Shown here piece after piece: positions 19,566 to 29,163 of a stretch of 32,000 bases of DNA. Both the position numbers and the translations under genes were made by a program. The stretch covers positions 150,001 through 182,000 of the forward strand of contig CP059204.1 in the NCBI GenBank assembly GCA_014251975.1, given 5' to 3'. The stretch is from Blattabacterium cuenoti. GTDB lineage: Bacteria > Bacteroidota > Bacteroidia > Flavobacteriales > Blattabacteriaceae. Under the pieces are notes generated by a model, which searched no databases, was not told the origin of the DNA, and saw nothing but the letters and a program-made list of their open reading frames with translations. Each line of letters starts with the position of its first letter. Within the stretch, counting starts at the first letter, position 1.

Positions 19566-20291
19566 TTAATTTATAATTTTATGTAATTCTTTTAATGATA
19601 TGAAATTTTCATAAATTGCTTTTCCAATTATAACACCATAACACCCTATCTTAATAAGATTTTTTATATCTTTTATATTTCTAATTCCACCACTGGCAAT
19701 ACATTCTATATTAGGAAAATTTTTTATTATTTTTTTATATAAATTAAAAGATGGACCAGATAATTTACCATCTTTTGAAATATCTGTACAAAAAATTCTT
19801 TTAACTCCATTTATATATTTTTGTTTAAAAAAATCAAATAAAGAAATATCCAATAACTTTGTCCATCCATTAATTGCTATATAATTATTTTTAATATCTA
19901 CTCCTAACAATATTTTTTCTTTACCATATATATTTATACTTTTTTTTAAAATAATAGGATTTTTAATAGCTATACTCCCAATAGTTGCTATATTTCCACC
20001 ATTTTCAAAAACAAGTTTTATATCTTCTTCTGTTTTTATACCACCTCCAAAATCTATAATTAAATTTGTTTTATTTGCTATTTTTTCTAAAATATTCCAA
20101 TGTATAACTTTTCCTAATCTTGCTCCGTCTAAATCAACTAAATGTATTCTAGATATTCCATTATCTTCTAATAATAAAGCCATTTCTAATGGATTATTTT
20201 TATAAATTTTTTTATTACAAAAGTTACCCTGTGTTAATCTAACACACTTGTTATTCATTACATCTATAGCAATTATAATATTATTTTTCAT
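19566..20291 (-). CDS. hisA: ProFAR isomerase
   Basis: 241 aa. Motifs IIAIDVMNNKCVRLTQGNF, HLVDLDGA, DFGGGI and ASGGI. Confidence 0.9.
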   Translation of the reverse strand: MKNNIIIAIDVMNNKCVRLTQGNFCNKKIYKNNPLEMALLLEDNGISRIHLVDLDGARLGKVIHWNILEKIANKTNLIIDFGGGIKTEEDIKLVFENGGNIATIGSIAIKNPIILKKSINIYGKEKILLGVDIKNNYIAINGWTKLLDISLFDFFKQKYINGVKRIFCTDISKDGKLSGPSFNLYKKIIKNFPNIECIASGGIRNIKDIKNLIKIGCYGVIIGKAIYENFISLKELHKIIN

Positions 20292-20302
20292 TATTTATTA
20301 AT

Positions 20303-20893
20303 TTATATTAAACTAATAAAATTTTCTAATATTTTATGTCCAACATAAGAAGATTTTTCTGGATGAAATTGAACAGCATAAAAATTATTTTTTTGTAATG
20401 CTGCACTATAACTTATTATATATTTTGTTTTTGCTATTGTATATTCTTTTTCTATAGGTACATAATAACTATGAACAAAATATTGATAACATTTATTTGG
20501 TATTTTATTAAATAAAGCCCCTTTTAAATTATAAATTGTATTCCAACCTACTTTAGGTATTTTATATTTATTAGATTTAAATTTTTTAACAGGTATATCA
20601 AAAATTCCAATACATTTTGTATTACTTTCTTCTGAAGTTTTACAAAGCAATTGCATTCCAAGACATATACCCAATATAGGTTGCTTCAATTCTGATAAAA
20701 GAAGATCTATTTTTTTATTTTTTAAATATTTCATAGCACAACTAGCTTCTCCAACACCTGGTAAAATAATCTTTTCTGCATTTTTAATATATTCTTTAGA
20801 ATCAGTAACTATAGCTTTAACACCAATTCTTTCTAAAGAAAATAAAATTGATTGAGTATTGCCTGTAGGATATTTTATAATTATTATTTTCAT
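20303..20893 (-). CDS. hisH: imidazole glycerol phosphate synthase, glutaminase subunit
   Basis: 196 aa. Class I amidotransferase triad context (GICLGMQLL, VQFHPEKS). Confidence 0.92.
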   Translation of the reverse strand: MKIIIIKYPTGNTQSILFSLERIGVKAIVTDSKEYIKNAEKIILPGVGEASCAMKYLKNKKIDLLLSELKQPILGICLGMQLLCKTSEESNTKCIGIFDIPVKKFKSNKYKIPKVGWNTIYNLKGALFNKIPNKCYQYFVHSYYVPIEKEYTIAKTKYIISYSAALQKNNFYAVQFHPEKSSYVGHKILENFISLI

Positions 20894-20911
20894 AAATTTT
20901 AATTTTTTATT

Positions 20912-22072
20912 TTATAATAAACCTTTAGAACTTAAAATATAATTATGATTTTTTTGTATAGCCATTTTAATTGCTTTAGCAAAACATTTAAAAATAGATT
21001 CTATTTTATGATGTTCATTATTACCAGTAGATATAATATGTAAATTACATTTTGCAGATGAAGAAAAAGATTTAAAAAAATGGTAAAACATTTCTGTTGG
21101 AATGTCACCTATTTTTTCTCTATAAAAATTAGCATTCCAATTGAATTGATCTCTTCCACATAAATCTAATACTACTTTAGATAAACTATCGTCCATTGGT
21201 AATATAAAAAATCCATAACGTTCAATTCCAATTTTATCTCCCAAAGATTTACGAAATATATTTCCTAATGCTATACCAACATCTTCTATAGTATGATGTT
21301 CATCTACATGTAAATCACCATAGGCATATAAATTTATATCCATTAAACTATGAATTGATATTTGTTCTATAAGATGATCAAAAAATCCTATTCCTGTATG
21401 TATATTATTTATCCCATTACCATATAATGATAATGATATCGTAATATTTGTCTCTAATGTATTACGTTTATAAATTTCTATTTTTTTATTTTTATTTTTT
21501 AAATATTCATATATATCTTTCCATTTATTTGTTTTTAAAGAAATTGTTTTATATAATTTTTTTTTATATAATTCATAAAAATATTTTTTTTCTTCTTCTG
21601 TAAAATTTTCAAAATTATTATTTCCTTTTATCCATATTGATTTACAACCCAAATTCTTTGCTAACATTATATCAGTTAATCTATCTCCAATAACAAATGA
21701 TTCTTTAATATTATAAATTGATTTATCTAAATAAGACAATAACATACTTATACCAGGTTTTCTTGTTGATAAATTATCTTTTATATAAGTTTTATCAATA
21801 TGAATAGAAGAAAAAATAATATTTTCATATTTTAAAATATTTATAATATGATTATGAATTGGCCAGAATTTGTTTTCTGGAAAATTAACAGATCCTAATC
21901 CATCTTGATTTGTAACCATAACAAATTCATAATCTAATTCTTCATATATTCTTGATAAGAAAAAAATAACTCTAGGATAAAAAAATAATTTTTCAATTGA
22001 ATCAATTTGATAATTATTAGGATCTTCTTTAATTATAGTTCCATCTCTATCAATAAACAATATTTTTTTCAT
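20912..22072 (-). CDS. hisB: bifunctional histidinol-phosphatase / imidazoleglycerol-phosphate dehydratase
   Basis: 386 aa. HAD N-terminus (FIDRDGTII...VTNQDG) and IGPD C-terminus (DEHHTIEDVGIALG, NEHHKIESIFKCFAKA). The start overlaps the hisC stop (TAATG at 22070-22074). Confidence 0.92.
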   Translation of the reverse strand: MKKILFIDRDGTIIKEDPNNYQIDSIEKLFFYPRVIFFLSRIYEELDYEFVMVTNQDGLGSVNFPENKFWPIHNHIINILKYENIIFSSIHIDKTYIKDNLSTRKPGISMLLSYLDKSIYNIKESFVIGDRLTDIMLAKNLGCKSIWIKGNNNFENFTEEEKKYFYELYKKKLYKTISLKTNKWKDIYEYLKNKNKKIEIYKRNTLETNITISLSLYGNGINNIHTGIGFFDHLIEQISIHSLMDINLYAYGDLHVDEHHTIEDVGIALGNIFRKSLGDKIGIERYGFFILPMDDSLSKVVLDLCGRDQFNWNANFYREKIGDIPTEMFYHFFKSFSSSAKCNLHIISTGNNEHHKIESIFKCFAKAIKMAIQKNHNYILSSKGLL

Positions 22073-23172
22073 TAAATTTTATATTTATTATCGAATTTTT
22101 TTATGTTATCTACAAGATATTTATTTTCTTCATGAGTACCTATGGTTATTCTTAAACAATTGTTACATAATTCAATTTTATTTCTATCTCTAACAATAAT
22201 TTTTTTTTCAATTAAATATTTATATAATTTATAACTTGAATTATATATTTTTACAAGAATAAAATTAGAATCACTAGGATATACTTTTTGTACTACAGAT
22301 ATTTTATTTAAAGAATTTTCCATATATTTTCTTTCTAATAGAATATTTTTTAAATTGAAAAAAAATAAATCTTTATTATCCAATGCATTAATAGCAATTT
22401 CTTGTGACAAGATGTTAATATTATATGGATATTTTATTTTGTTCATAAATTCAATAATATATTTTGAAGCTATACCAATACCTATTCTTATACCTGCCAA
22501 TCCCCAAGATTTAGAAAGAGTTTGTAAAACAATTAAATTAGGATATTTATTTATTTTTGAAGTAAAAGATTTTTCTTCAGAAAAATCTATATAAGCCTCA
22601 TCTATTACTACAATGCCAGAGTACCTTGTTATAATATATTCAATATCTTTTTTTTTTATATTATTTCCTGTTGGATTGTTTGGAGAACAAATAAAAATTA
22701 TTTTACTATATTTATTTATAACGTTATTTATATTTTTTAAGTCTAATTGAAATATTTCTTTTATTAAAGGAATTTTAATTATTCTTATACCATGAATATT
22801 GCCTATTATTTCATACATACCATATGTTGGGGGACAAATAATGCAATTATCTATTTCTGGTATAGAAAAAATACGATATATTAAATCTATAATTTCATCA
22901 CTTCCATTACCTAAAAATATATTTGATACAGGAATTTTTTTTAATTCTGATATTTTTTTTTTTAATTCCATTTGTAATGGATCAGGATATCTATTATAAG
23001 AATTAATACAAGATATAGTAGATCCAAATGAATTTTCATTAGCATCTAAAAATATAAAATTTTCTTTCCTTTTATTCTCTAATCTAGCAGATAAATAAGG
23101 ATTAATTTTCCTAATATTATCTCTAATTAAAGAATATAAATTAAAATTAGAAATATTTTTATTTTTGTACAT
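22072..23172 (-). CDS. hisC: histidinol-phosphate aminotransferase
   Basis: 366 aa. PLP lysine context LQTLSKSWGLAGIRIG. Also NPTG and YPDP. Confidence 0.9.
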   Translation of the reverse strand: MYKNKNISNFNLYSLIRDNIRKINPYLSARLENKRKENFIFLDANENSFGSTISCINSYNRYPDPLQMELKKKISELKKIPVSNIFLGNGSDEIIDLIYRIFSIPEIDNCIICPPTYGMYEIIGNIHGIRIIKIPLIKEIFQLDLKNINNVINKYSKIIFICSPNNPTGNNIKKKDIEYIITRYSGIVVIDEAYIDFSEEKSFTSKINKYPNLIVLQTLSKSWGLAGIRIGIGIASKYIIEFMNKIKYPYNINILSQEIAINALDNKDLFFFNLKNILLERKYMENSLNKISVVQKVYPSDSNFILVKIYNSSYKLYKYLIEKKIIVRDRNKIELCNNCLRITIGTHEENKYLVDNIKKFDNKYKI

Positions 23173-23185
23173 TTAAATTAAAAAT

Positions 23186-24472
23186 TTAATTATTTAATCG
23201 TATATCAATAGATTTTTTATGTGCTAGTAATCCTTCTTCTTTTGATAAAATAGTTATACATTTTGACAAATTTTTAAGACCTTTTTTTGATATTTTTTGA
23301 AATGTTATTTGTTTAAAAAAACTATCTATAGATAAACCACTATAAGATTTAGAAAAACCATTTGTAGGTAGTACATGATTTGTTCCAGTAGCATAATCTC
23401 CAGCACTTACAGGAGAATAATTACCTATAAAAACTGATCCAGAATTAATTACTTTTTCACTCCAATAATTACAGTTATTACAATTTATAATTAAATGTTC
23501 AGGTGCAATTTTATTAACTAGTTTAAAACATTTATTTAAAGTACTCAAAACAATAATTTTACTATTTTTTAAAGATTTTTTAATAATATCTTTTCTAATA
23601 TAAATAGAACAAAATTGTTTCTGTAATTCTTTTTTAACTTTTTCTATCCATAATTCTTGATTTACAGTAGTAAGTATAATCGTATAACTTTCTGGATCGT
23701 GTTCAGATTGAGATAATAAATCTGATGCAACATATTTTGGATTAGCAATATTATCTGCTATTATTACAATTTCTGATGGACCCGCTGGCATGTCAATAGA
23801 AACACCAGTATTTTGAGATACAATTTGTTTTGCTTTAGTTACATAATAATTACCTGGGCCAAATATTTTCCATACACATGGAATACTTTCTGTTCCATAT
23901 GCCATAGCAGCTATTGCTTGGACCCCACCTAATTTGTATACATTTTTTATCCCCAAAAACTTAGATAAATATAAAATAGAAGGATGTATTTCACCACTTA
24001 TATTTGGAGGAGTACATAAAATAATATTTTTACATCCAGCTAATTTCCCGGGTATTCCTAACATTAGTACAGTAGATAATAAAGGAGCTGATCCACCAGG
24101 GATATAAAACCCTACTTTTTCTATTGGAATTTTTTTTCTCCAGCAAGTTATTCCTTCATCAATTTTTATTTTATATTCTTTTTTTAGTTGTTTTTTATGG
24201 AAAGATTTTATATTTCTATATGCTATTTTAATTGATATTTTTAAATCATAAGAGATTTTAGCTTTATTAAATTCTTTATCAGATACTTTAAATTTTTCAA
24301 TATTTACATTATCATACTTATTAGTATAATATTGTAATGCTTTATCTCCGTTTAATTTTACATTATTAATAATAGAATTAATAATATTTATAGATTCTTT
24401 TTTTGAATCTTTAGCTCTATTTAATATAGAAATTAACAATTCATTAGTAGGATTTGTATATACTTTAATCAT
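23186..24472 (-). CDS. hisD: histidinol dehydrogenase
   Basis: 428 aa. Motifs GGVQAIAAMAYGT, GPGNYYVTKAK, LLSQSEHD and GDYATGTNHVLPT. Confidence 0.93.
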   Translation of the reverse strand: MIKVYTNPTNELLISILNRAKDSKKESINIINSIINNVKLNGDKALQYYTNKYDNVNIEKFKVSDKEFNKAKISYDLKISIKIAYRNIKSFHKKQLKKEYKIKIDEGITCWRKKIPIEKVGFYIPGGSAPLLSTVLMLGIPGKLAGCKNIILCTPPNISGEIHPSILYLSKFLGIKNVYKLGGVQAIAAMAYGTESIPCVWKIFGPGNYYVTKAKQIVSQNTGVSIDMPAGPSEIVIIADNIANPKYVASDLLSQSEHDPESYTIILTTVNQELWIEKVKKELQKQFCSIYIRKDIIKKSLKNSKIIVLSTLNKCFKLVNKIAPEHLIINCNNCNYWSEKVINSGSVFIGNYSPVSAGDYATGTNHVLPTNGFSKSYSGLSIDSFFKQITFQKISKKGLKNLSKCITILSKEEGLLAHKKSIDIRLNN

Positions 24473-24475
24473 ATT

Positions 24476-25333
24476 TTATAATATAATTTTTTCTATAGGA
24501 AGTACTAATATATCTTGTACACCAAGAGATTTTAAATTTTCTATAATACCCCAAAAATCATTTTCATTTACTACAGTATGAACTGAACTACATTCAGAAT
24601 TTTCTAAAGGTAATATAACAGGACTTTTAATACCAGGAATGGAAAATATAATTTTGTTTAATTTATTATTTGGAACATTTAACAAAATATATTTGTTATC
24701 TTTAGCTTTTTTTACAGCTCTAATTCTGAATAAAAATTTATTCATTATATTGTTTTTTTCAGAATCTAAATCTAAATTAGAAGCTAAAACGGCTTCTGAT
24801 TTTAAAATTGTTTCTACTTCCTTTAACCCATTCATAAATAATGTTGTACCACTGCTAACTAAATCGCAAATACAATCTGCTAATCCAATTCCTGGTGCTA
24901 TTTCAGCAGCTCCAGATATTTCATGAATATCTGCATTAATGTATTTTTTTGAGAAAAATTTTTTTACTAAATATGGATAACTAGTCGCAATTTTTTTACC
25001 ATTTAAATCTTCTATATCTTTATATACTAATGATTTAGGGACGGCTATTGAAAGACGACATTTACCAAATCCTAAATATTCTTTTATTTTAATTTTATTT
25101 CTTTTTTCCAAAAGAACATTTTTGCCTACAATACCAATATCAGCAATACCATCTTCTAAATATTGAGGGATGTCATCATCTCTCAAAAAAAGTATTTCTA
25201 ATGGGAAATTTATAGCGGTAGTTTTTAATTTATCTATACCAATATTTATTTCAATACTACAATTTTTTAGTAATTTAATTGAATCTTCATAAAGACGACC
25301 TGATTTTTGAATAGCTATTTTAAGTTTATTCAT
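24476..25333 (-). CDS. hisG: ATP phosphoribosyltransferase (long form)
   Basis: 285 aa. Motifs LKIAIQKSGRL, LRDDDIPQYLEDGIADIGIVGKNVL and DLVSSGTTL, plus the C-terminal regulatory domain typical of long HisG. Confidence 0.92.
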   Translation of the reverse strand: MNKLKIAIQKSGRLYEDSIKLLKNCSIEINIGIDKLKTTAINFPLEILFLRDDDIPQYLEDGIADIGIVGKNVLLEKRNKIKIKEYLGFGKCRLSIAVPKSLVYKDIEDLNGKKIATSYPYLVKKFFSKKYINADIHEISGAAEIAPGIGLADCICDLVSSGTTLFMNGLKEVETILKSEAVLASNLDLDSEKNNIMNKFLFRIRAVKKAKDNKYILLNVPNNKLNKIIFSIPGIKSPVILPLENSECSSVHTVVNENDFWGIIENLKSLGVQDILVLPIEKIIL

Positions 25334-25352
25334 AGTTTAGGGAAAAAATAAT

Positions 25353-25376
25353 AAAAGCTTACAATTGTAAGCTTTT
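25353..25376 (-). promoter_or_regulatory. perfect 24-nt palindrome / stem-loop in the hisG 5' region
   Basis: AAAAGCTTACAATTGTAAGCTTTT reads identically on both strands (10-bp stem, AATT loop). On the minus strand it is followed by TTTTATTATTTTTT, and it ends 20 nt before the hisG ATG. It is unusually G/C-containing for an intergenic region here. Its function is not established. Confidence 0.4.
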
Positions 25377-25500
25377 CGTAAAAAAAATTAAATTAAAATA
25401 TTGTTAAAGTATTGTAATAAATAACAAATATAAAAACAATTTTAAAAATTATATAATTATTCGTTGTTTAAATTATTATAAAATATTGTATTTTTTTTTT

Positions 25501-26268
25501 ATGAAAATTATTAGTTATAACATAAATGGTATAAGATCTGTTATAAATAAAGGATTTTGTAGTTGGTTAAAAATAAATAATCCAGATATAGTATGTTTAC
25601 AAGAAATTAAAGCTTTTTCTAATCAAATAAATACTAAATTATTTGAAGAAATAGGGTACTATAATTATTGGTATCCTTCTATAAAAAAAGGATATAGTGG
25701 TGTTGGAATATTGTCAAAACAAAAACCTAAACATGTTGAATATGGAATAGGATTAAAATCTATTGATCAAGAAGGTAGAGTTTTGCGTGTTGATATAAAA
25801 AAATATAAAATATCAATTATTAGCCTATACCTACCGTCAGGTAGTAATATGATTAAACGTTTAAAATACAAGTTTTTGTTCATGAAAAATTTTTTTTTAT
25901 ACATTAAAAAACTTAAATGCAAATTAAATAATATTATTATATGTGGTGATTATAATATATGTCATAATAAAATAGATATTCACGACCCTATAGCTAATAA
26001 AAATATTTCTGGTTTTTTACCAAAAGAAAGAAAATGGATCACTAATTTTATAAAATTGGGATTTATAGATAGTTTTAGAAATTATATTAAGAAAGGTGAA
26101 AATTATAGTTGGTGGAACTATAGGTATAATTCTAGAAATTTGAATAAAGGTTGGAGAATTGATTATATTATGGTCAGTAATTATTTAAAAAATAGAATGA
26201 TAAATTGTTATCATTTGTCAAATATTAAATATTCAGATCATTGCCCAGTAGTTCTAGAAATTATATAA
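25501..26268 (+). CDS. xth: exodeoxyribonuclease III (AP endonuclease)
   Basis: EEP-family motifs (MKIISYNINGIRS, DIVCLQEIK, GDYNICH, WRIDYIMVS, SDHCPV). The track ORF starts at a TTG (25486). The ATG at 25501 matches the usual N-terminus. Confidence 0.9.
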   Translation: MKIISYNINGIRSVINKGFCSWLKINNPDIVCLQEIKAFSNQINTKLFEEIGYYNYWYPSIKKGYSGVGILSKQKPKHVEYGIGLKSIDQEGRVLRVDIKKYKISIISLYLPSGSNMIKRLKYKFLFMKNFFLYIKKLKCKLNNIIICGDYNICHNKIDIHDPIANKNISGFLPKERKWITNFIKLGFIDSFRNYIKKGENYSWWNYRYNSRNLNKGWRIDYIMVSNYLKNRMINCYHLSNIKYSDHCPVVLEII

Positions 26269-26273
26269 TTAAA

Positions 26274-26346
26274 TGACCTGACTGGGATTCGAACCCAGGA
26301 CCCTTACATTAAAAGTGTAATGCTCTACCAGCTGAGCTACCAGGTC
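26274..26346 (-). tRNA. tRNA-Lys (anticodon UUU)
   Basis: The minus strand reads GACCTGG TA GCTC AGCTGGTA GAGC A TTACA CTTTTAA TGTAA GGGTC CTGGG TTCGAAT CCCAG TCAGGTC A. This is a full 73-nt cloverleaf with anticodon TTT in a 7-nt loop. No CCA is encoded. Confidence 0.93.
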
Positions 26347-26385
26347 TTAAAAACAAATATACATTAATAATTAAGTTTTTTTTAT

Positions 26386-26925
26386 ATGAATATTACTTTA
26401 TTGGGATATATGGGTTGTGGAAAAACAACTATAGGTAAAATTTTATCTTATAAATTAAATTTAAAATTTTATGATCTAGATAATATTATTATAAATCATC
26501 AAAATGACACAATAAACAATATATTTAAAAAAAAAGGAGAATTATATTTTAGAAAAATAGAAAAATATTTGCTTAAAGAATTTTTTCTAAAAAATATTAA
26601 AGGATATATTTTATCTGTTGGAGGTGGGACTCCGTGTAGTTTTAATAATATTTATATAATAAATAAATATTCAAAAACATTTTATATAAAATTAGATAGT
26701 TTTTATTTATTTAAAAGATTATTTTTAGATAAAAATAATAGACCTTTAATATCTAAATTAAGTAAATGTGAACTTTTTAAGTTTATAATAACAAATTTAT
26801 ATAAACGAAGTATTTTTTATGAAAAATCATTTAGAATAATTAATGCAAACAACAAAAATAAAAAATATATAGTAATGAATATAATTAAAGAATTTAATAA
26901 TTTTAATCAAAAAAGTTATTTATGA
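26386..26925 (+). CDS. aroK: shikimate kinase
   Basis: 179 aa. P-loop LLGYMGCGKTTIGK, plus DLD and VGGGTP. Confidence 0.85.
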   Translation: MNITLLGYMGCGKTTIGKILSYKLNLKFYDLDNIIINHQNDTINNIFKKKGELYFRKIEKYLLKEFFLKNIKGYILSVGGGTPCSFNNIYIINKYSKTFYIKLDSFYLFKRLFLDKNNRPLISKLSKCELFKFIITNLYKRSIFYEKSFRIINANNKNKKYIVMNIIKEFNNFNQKSYL

Positions 26926-28298
26926 ATAAAATATTATATGATAATAATTTAATTTATGAAATTAAAAATATTTTTTCATATAAATTTTCAAAAAATATAG
27001 CAGTAGCTGTTAGTGGTGGCCTAGATAGTATGGTATTAATTAATTTATTATTAAAATATGTATCTAAAAGTATATTAGAAGTGATTCATTGCAATTTTAA
27101 TCTAAGAGGGATTGAATCATATAAAGATGAAATGTTTGTTAAAAATTTTTGTAAAAACAAAAATATTATATTTAATGTTAAAAGATTTAAAAAATTAAGT
27201 ACTTACAGTAAAAAACAAGGGGTTTCTATACAAATGTATGCCAGAAAATTAAGGTATAATTGGTTTAATGAATTATTAAACAAAAAATCATATAAATATA
27301 TAGTATTAGGACATCATTTAGATGATTCTATAGAAACTTTTTTTATTAACATATTAAGAGGAACTGGTTTACCAGGATTATTAGGTATACCCAAAAAAAA
27401 TGGTAAATTTATTCGTCCACTTTCTAATTTTAGGAAAGAAGATATATTAAATTATGCAAAATTAAATAATATTGAATGGAGAATTGATAAAAGTAATTAT
27501 AATACTAAATATTTAAGAAATAAAATACGTATTCATTTATCATCAATAATAAAACAATTAAATTGTTTTTATAAAGGATTTAAAAAAACAATTAATTTAT
27601 TATATGAAGAAAATAGTTTAATAAAACATATAATAAAAGAAATAATAAATAACATTACTATAGATAAAAAAATTAATCCTTTTTTTTGGAAGATTGACAA
27701 TAAAAAACTTTTAGAATTTAAAACTTTACCTTTATCTGTTATTTTATTCAGATTGTTTAATCCATATGGATTTTCAGATATTGAAAGTTTAAAACGATTT
27801 ATTAATGCACAATCTGGAAAACAAATATTATCTAAAAAATATAGAATAATAAAAAATCAAAATTTTTGGATATTAGTTAGTAATTTTGACTTTTTAAAAA
27901 ATAAAAAAAAAGTTTTTAAAATTAATAATAATTACGAATTAGAAAATTATAATAAAAAATTACCAATAAAAATAAAATTTATTAATAATTATAATAATAA
28001 AAACAAAAAAATTAATAAAAAAATAATTTATTTAATAAATTTTGAAAAAATTAAATTTCCTATTTTATTAAGAACATGGGATAAAGGAGATTACTTTTAT
28101 CCTTATGGAGTGAAAGGTAAACAAAAATTAAGTAAATTTTTTAAAAATGAAAAATTATCTTTATTTGAAAAAGAAAATATATGGTTGTTAATAAATGGAA
28201 ATGGATATATAATTTTAATAATAGGATACCGTTTAGATAAACGATTCAAAATAATAAAAAAAACGAATAAAATATTATGTGTAGAATATAAACGTTAA
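26922..28298 (+). CDS. tilS: tRNA(Ile)-lysidine synthase
   Basis: 458 aa. PP-loop AVAVSGGLDSMVL, plus LGHHLDDSIETFFIN. ATGA overlap with the aroK stop. Confidence 0.9.
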   Translation: MNKILYDNNLIYEIKNIFSYKFSKNIAVAVSGGLDSMVLINLLLKYVSKSILEVIHCNFNLRGIESYKDEMFVKNFCKNKNIIFNVKRFKKLSTYSKKQGVSIQMYARKLRYNWFNELLNKKSYKYIVLGHHLDDSIETFFINILRGTGLPGLLGIPKKNGKFIRPLSNFRKEDILNYAKLNNIEWRIDKSNYNTKYLRNKIRIHLSSIIKQLNCFYKGFKKTINLLYEENSLIKHIIKEIINNITIDKKINPFFWKIDNKKLLEFKTLPLSVILFRLFNPYGFSDIESLKRFINAQSGKQILSKKYRIIKNQNFWILVSNFDFLKNKKKVFKINNNYELENYNKKLPIKIKFINNYNNKNKKINKKIIYLINFEKIKFPILLRTWDKGDYFYPYGVKGKQKLSKFFKNEKLSLFEKENIWLLINGNGYIILIIGYRLDKRFKIIKKTNKILCVEYKR

Positions 28299-28351
28299 AT
28301 AGATTTTAATTAATTTAATTAAAACAATAGTAATAACAAAAAAAAATATTA

Positions 28352-29008
28352 ATGGGAAAATATTATTTAGAGAGTAATTTTTTATCTATAAAAAAATCTA
28401 TACCAAAAAATATTAAAATATTAATAGTTTCTAAAAATCAAAATATTTATTCAATAAATAAGTTATACAATTTAGGTCATAGAGATTTCGGAGAAAATTA
28501 CGTACAGGAAATGAAAAAAAAATATAATTATCTTCCTAAAAATATTAGATGGCATATGATTGGTAAAATACAAAAAAATAAATTAAAATATATAATACCC
28601 TTCGTACATCTAATTCATAGTATACAAAAAATTGAACATATTGAAATAATTAATAAAATATCAAAAAAATTAAATAAAATATCTTATTGTCTTTTACAAA
28701 TAAAAATTTGTTATGATAAATCAGGTATAACTATGGAACAAGCAATTAAAATTTTAGATTATAGCAAAAATATGAATAATATACAAATTATTGGTCTTAT
28801 GGGGATGGCTTCTATTAATAATAAAAAAAGTATAATAAATAAAGAATTTTTTTCATTATATAAATTATATAATAATTTTAAAACTATATATGGACATACT
28901 GTACTTTCAATTGGAATGAGTAAAGATTATTTATTAGCTATAAAAAATGGCTCTACTATTGTAAGATTAGGATCTATAATTTTTGGTCATAGAAATAATT
29001 TAATTTAG
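28352..29008 (+). CDS. yggS: YggS-family pyridoxal-phosphate homeostasis protein
   Basis: 218 aa. Motifs ILIVSKNQ (PLP-lysine context), FGENYVQE, WHMIGKIQKNK, LSIGMSKDY and VRLGSIIFG. Confidence 0.85.
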   Translation: MGKYYLESNFLSIKKSIPKNIKILIVSKNQNIYSINKLYNLGHRDFGENYVQEMKKKYNYLPKNIRWHMIGKIQKNKLKYIIPFVHLIHSIQKIEHIEIINKISKKLNKISYCLLQIKICYDKSGITMEQAIKILDYSKNMNNIQIIGLMGMASINNKKSIINKEFFSLYKLYNNFKTIYGHTVLSIGMSKDYLLAIKNGSTIVRLGSIIFGHRNNLI

Positions 29009-29064
29009 AATATTATTAATATATATTTTTATAATTTTTTTATAGGATACAAAATTTTATTATT

Positions 29065-29163
29065 TTAAAATACATATACAGTCTCTTTTGATAACTTTTT
29101 TACAATATTAACAATATTATATGTAAAATAATTATAATTATCTATAATTAATATTTTGTTCAT
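29065..29163 (-). pseudogene. trpG: anthranilate synthase component II (trpG/pabA-type glutamine amidotransferase), 32-codon N-terminal stub
   Basis: Minus-strand hand translation from the ATG at 29163 gives MNKILIIDNYNYFTYNIVNIVKKLSKETVYVF*. This matches the canonical TrpG N-terminus (ILxIDNYDSFTYNLVqyLgelg). The ATG overlaps the trpE-remnant stop as ATGA. Only about 55 nt remain before the yggS 3' end, so the catalytic part is deleted. Confidence 0.7.

Noticed and set aside
22355-22999. Two plus-strand ORFs (22355-22594 and 22799-22999) inside hisC, and one at 24639-24926 inside hisG
   Set aside because: They are antisense to intact his genes, with no motifs.
25334-25500. Classical his leader peptide / attenuator upstream of hisG
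   Set aside because: I read the minus strand of the spacer and found no CAT/CAC (His) codon run and no small ORF. Only the palindrome remains unexplained, and it is reported separately.
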